DNA of 7,812 nucleotides from NCBI GenBank assembly GCA_964426185.1, contig CAYRPF010000038.1:10936-18747 (forward strand), given 5' to 3'. The DNA comes from an uncultured archaeon (lineage in GTDB: Archaea; Asgardarchaeota; Lokiarchaeia; Sigyniarchaeales; Promethearchaeaceae). Below the pieces are notes generated by a model. That model was not told where the DNA came from. It ran no database searches and saw only the letters and a list, made by a program, of their open reading frames with translations. Made by a program: the position numbers and the translations under genes. Positions 6,710 through 7,812 of this stretch are shown one piece after another (position 1 is the first letter of the stretch; each line of letters starts with the position of its first letter).

Positions 6710-6859
6710 ATGAGTTGGTAACTTTTTTTAACAAGCGTCAAGTGCCAAGCGTCATCACTTTTAAAAGGTGAAATTACGGATGATAAAATTATCGAAGATA
6801 TTATTACATGGGAAAAAGGAAATGCTCCGAATAAAGAAATTAAGGATTTCTTGAATTAA
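6710..6859 (+). pseudogene. Possible gene remnant or small interrupted ORF (MSW*LFLTSVKCQASSLLKGEITDDKIIEDIITWEKGNAPNKEIKDFLN*)
   Basis: Stop-free frame 6722-6856 with protein-like composition in its distal part; in-frame ATG at 6710 is followed by TAA at 6719-6721. Confidence 0.3.
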
Positions 6860-6863
6860 GAAG

Positions 6864-6872
6864 AAAAAAAAA
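6864..6872 (-). terminator. Oligo-T (T9) archaeal-type terminator for the membrane protein gene
   Basis: A9 on the + strand, 8 nt beyond the TAA (6881-6883) of the minus-strand gene. Confidence 0.5.
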
Positions 6873-6880
6873 TTAGAGTC

Positions 6881-7750
6881 TTAGTTTTTTACCTTCATGG
6901 CTTCTCGCATCATAGAATCGCTGATTCCCATTGGGGCTTTGCCCTTATCCGCATATACAAATAAAGCAGTGTTAAACACCTTATTTGCCACTTCAAACAC
7001 CATTGAAACAATAAGAAAGAAAACAAGGAAAATGCCCACGATGATTAAGATTACTTCAATTCCTGCTTGGTAAAATAGGAATAACAGCACTGCAGTGATA
7101 ATAATTCCAATAAATATAATTAGTCCTTGGATTAAACCTAATCCATAGTGTCGAATAATAGATTCGCCCCAAGTCTTTTTCAAAGTTTCATTTGACTTCT
7201 TTATCGCTTTAAACGGTGAAAGGTTGTAGTATACCATAGCTGGAACTACGAATATTGTCATAATGCTCCACAACATGCCTAAGATTCCTCGAAGGATCGA
7301 GATCAATATCTGCCCCGCTTTCCCCAAACTCTGCCCAAATTGATCCAAAAGATATAGAACCAACCCAACAGTGGCCGATAACAAACTCCACATAAAAATG
7401 GTGGGAATCCGTCTGAACGCAAATCCCAGACTTTGACCAAAAGTTGCATTTCCTCCTTCAAATCTCACCTTGGCGGTATAAACCACACACACATTAAAGA
7501 AAGTTGAAATGAATGCTAGACCTAAGTAAGTGATGAATACCAATAGATACTCAGTGGTTCCCATTAAGGCAGAATAATCTGGAGTCGTAGCTTGTAAAAA
7601 CTTCACAACAATGGTCGGGACTAATAGAGCGGCACTAAAAAGCAAATTGAAGAAGCTGGATAACAAGGGGTATAACAACAACTCCTTATCTTTCTTTATA
7701 ACGCGGAAACTTAATTTTGTAAATTCCCACGACCTACTAAATACATTCAT
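6881..7750 (-). CDS. Integral membrane protein, DUF6159-like family
   Basis: N-terminus FSRSWEFTKLSFRVIKKDKELLLYPLLS, FISTFFNV, WSLLSATVG, W...T.FVVP, AIKKS...LKKTWGE; about 6 hydrophobic segments. Family recognised from memory. Confidence 0.78.
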   Translation of the reverse strand: MNVFSRSWEFTKLSFRVIKKDKELLLYPLLSSFFNLLFSAALLVPTIVVKFLQATTPDYSALMGTTEYLLVFITYLGLAFISTFFNVCVVYTAKVRFEGGNATFGQSLGFAFRRIPTIFMWSLLSATVGLVLYLLDQFGQSLGKAGQILISILRGILGMLWSIMTIFVVPAMVYYNLSPFKAIKKSNETLKKTWGESIIRHYGLGLIQGLIIFIGIIITAVLLFLFYQAGIEVILIIVGIFLVFFLIVSMVFEVANKVFNTALFVYADKGKAPMGISDSMMREAMKVKN

Positions 7751-7762
7751 GGTAAGTTAAAG

Positions 7763-7796
7763 ATTATACTCTTTATTATAAATATTATACTCTTTA
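7763..7796 (-). promoter_or_regulatory. Two 13-bp direct repeats (ATTATACTCTTTA) at 21-bp period bracketing a TATA-like box
   Basis: Copies at 7763-7775 and 7784-7796; the minus strand reads TTTATAA at 7776-7782, 26-32 nt upstream of ATG 7750. Confidence 0.6.
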
Positions 7797-7812
7797 CTTA
7801 TTTTGCTACTTT

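Noticed and set aside
5034-7391. Short ORFs 5034-5237(+), 5605-5829(+), 6113-6424(-), 7209-7391(-)
   Set aside because: Nested within confident genes on the opposite strand or another frame; no independent support.

Overview
AT-rich, probably archaeal window. An Asgard/Lokiarchaeia-like origin is inferred from protein style, TATA-like boxes ~30 nt upstream of start codons and oligo-T terminators, but is not proven. Left part (+): the 3' end of an upstream gene, then a heterodisulfide-reductase-type electron-bifurcating operon tail (hdrA, mvhD, and a translationally coupled 2x[4Fe-4S] protein resembling the N-terminal module of polyferredoxin FwdF), followed by an Lrp/AsnC regulator. Middle (-): a two-gene operon, class I/II PLP aminotransferase plus ornithine cyclodeaminase/mu-crystallin family protein, converging on the Lrp gene. 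The two stop codons overlap inside a perfect 23-bp tandem duplication. Right: a SnoaL/NTF2-like protein (+), a 266-bp hairpin-rich intergenic region with a start-less gene-like remnant, and a DUF6159-like membrane protein (-) whose TATA box is bracketed by 13-bp direct repeats. No rRNA, tRNA, CRISPR array or transposase was seen. Best leads: a possible aminotransferase + ketimine-reductase (ALD1/SARD4-analogous) cyclic imino acid module, a hydrogenase-less HdrA-MvhD-mini-FwdF module, and the stop-codon-creating duplication.
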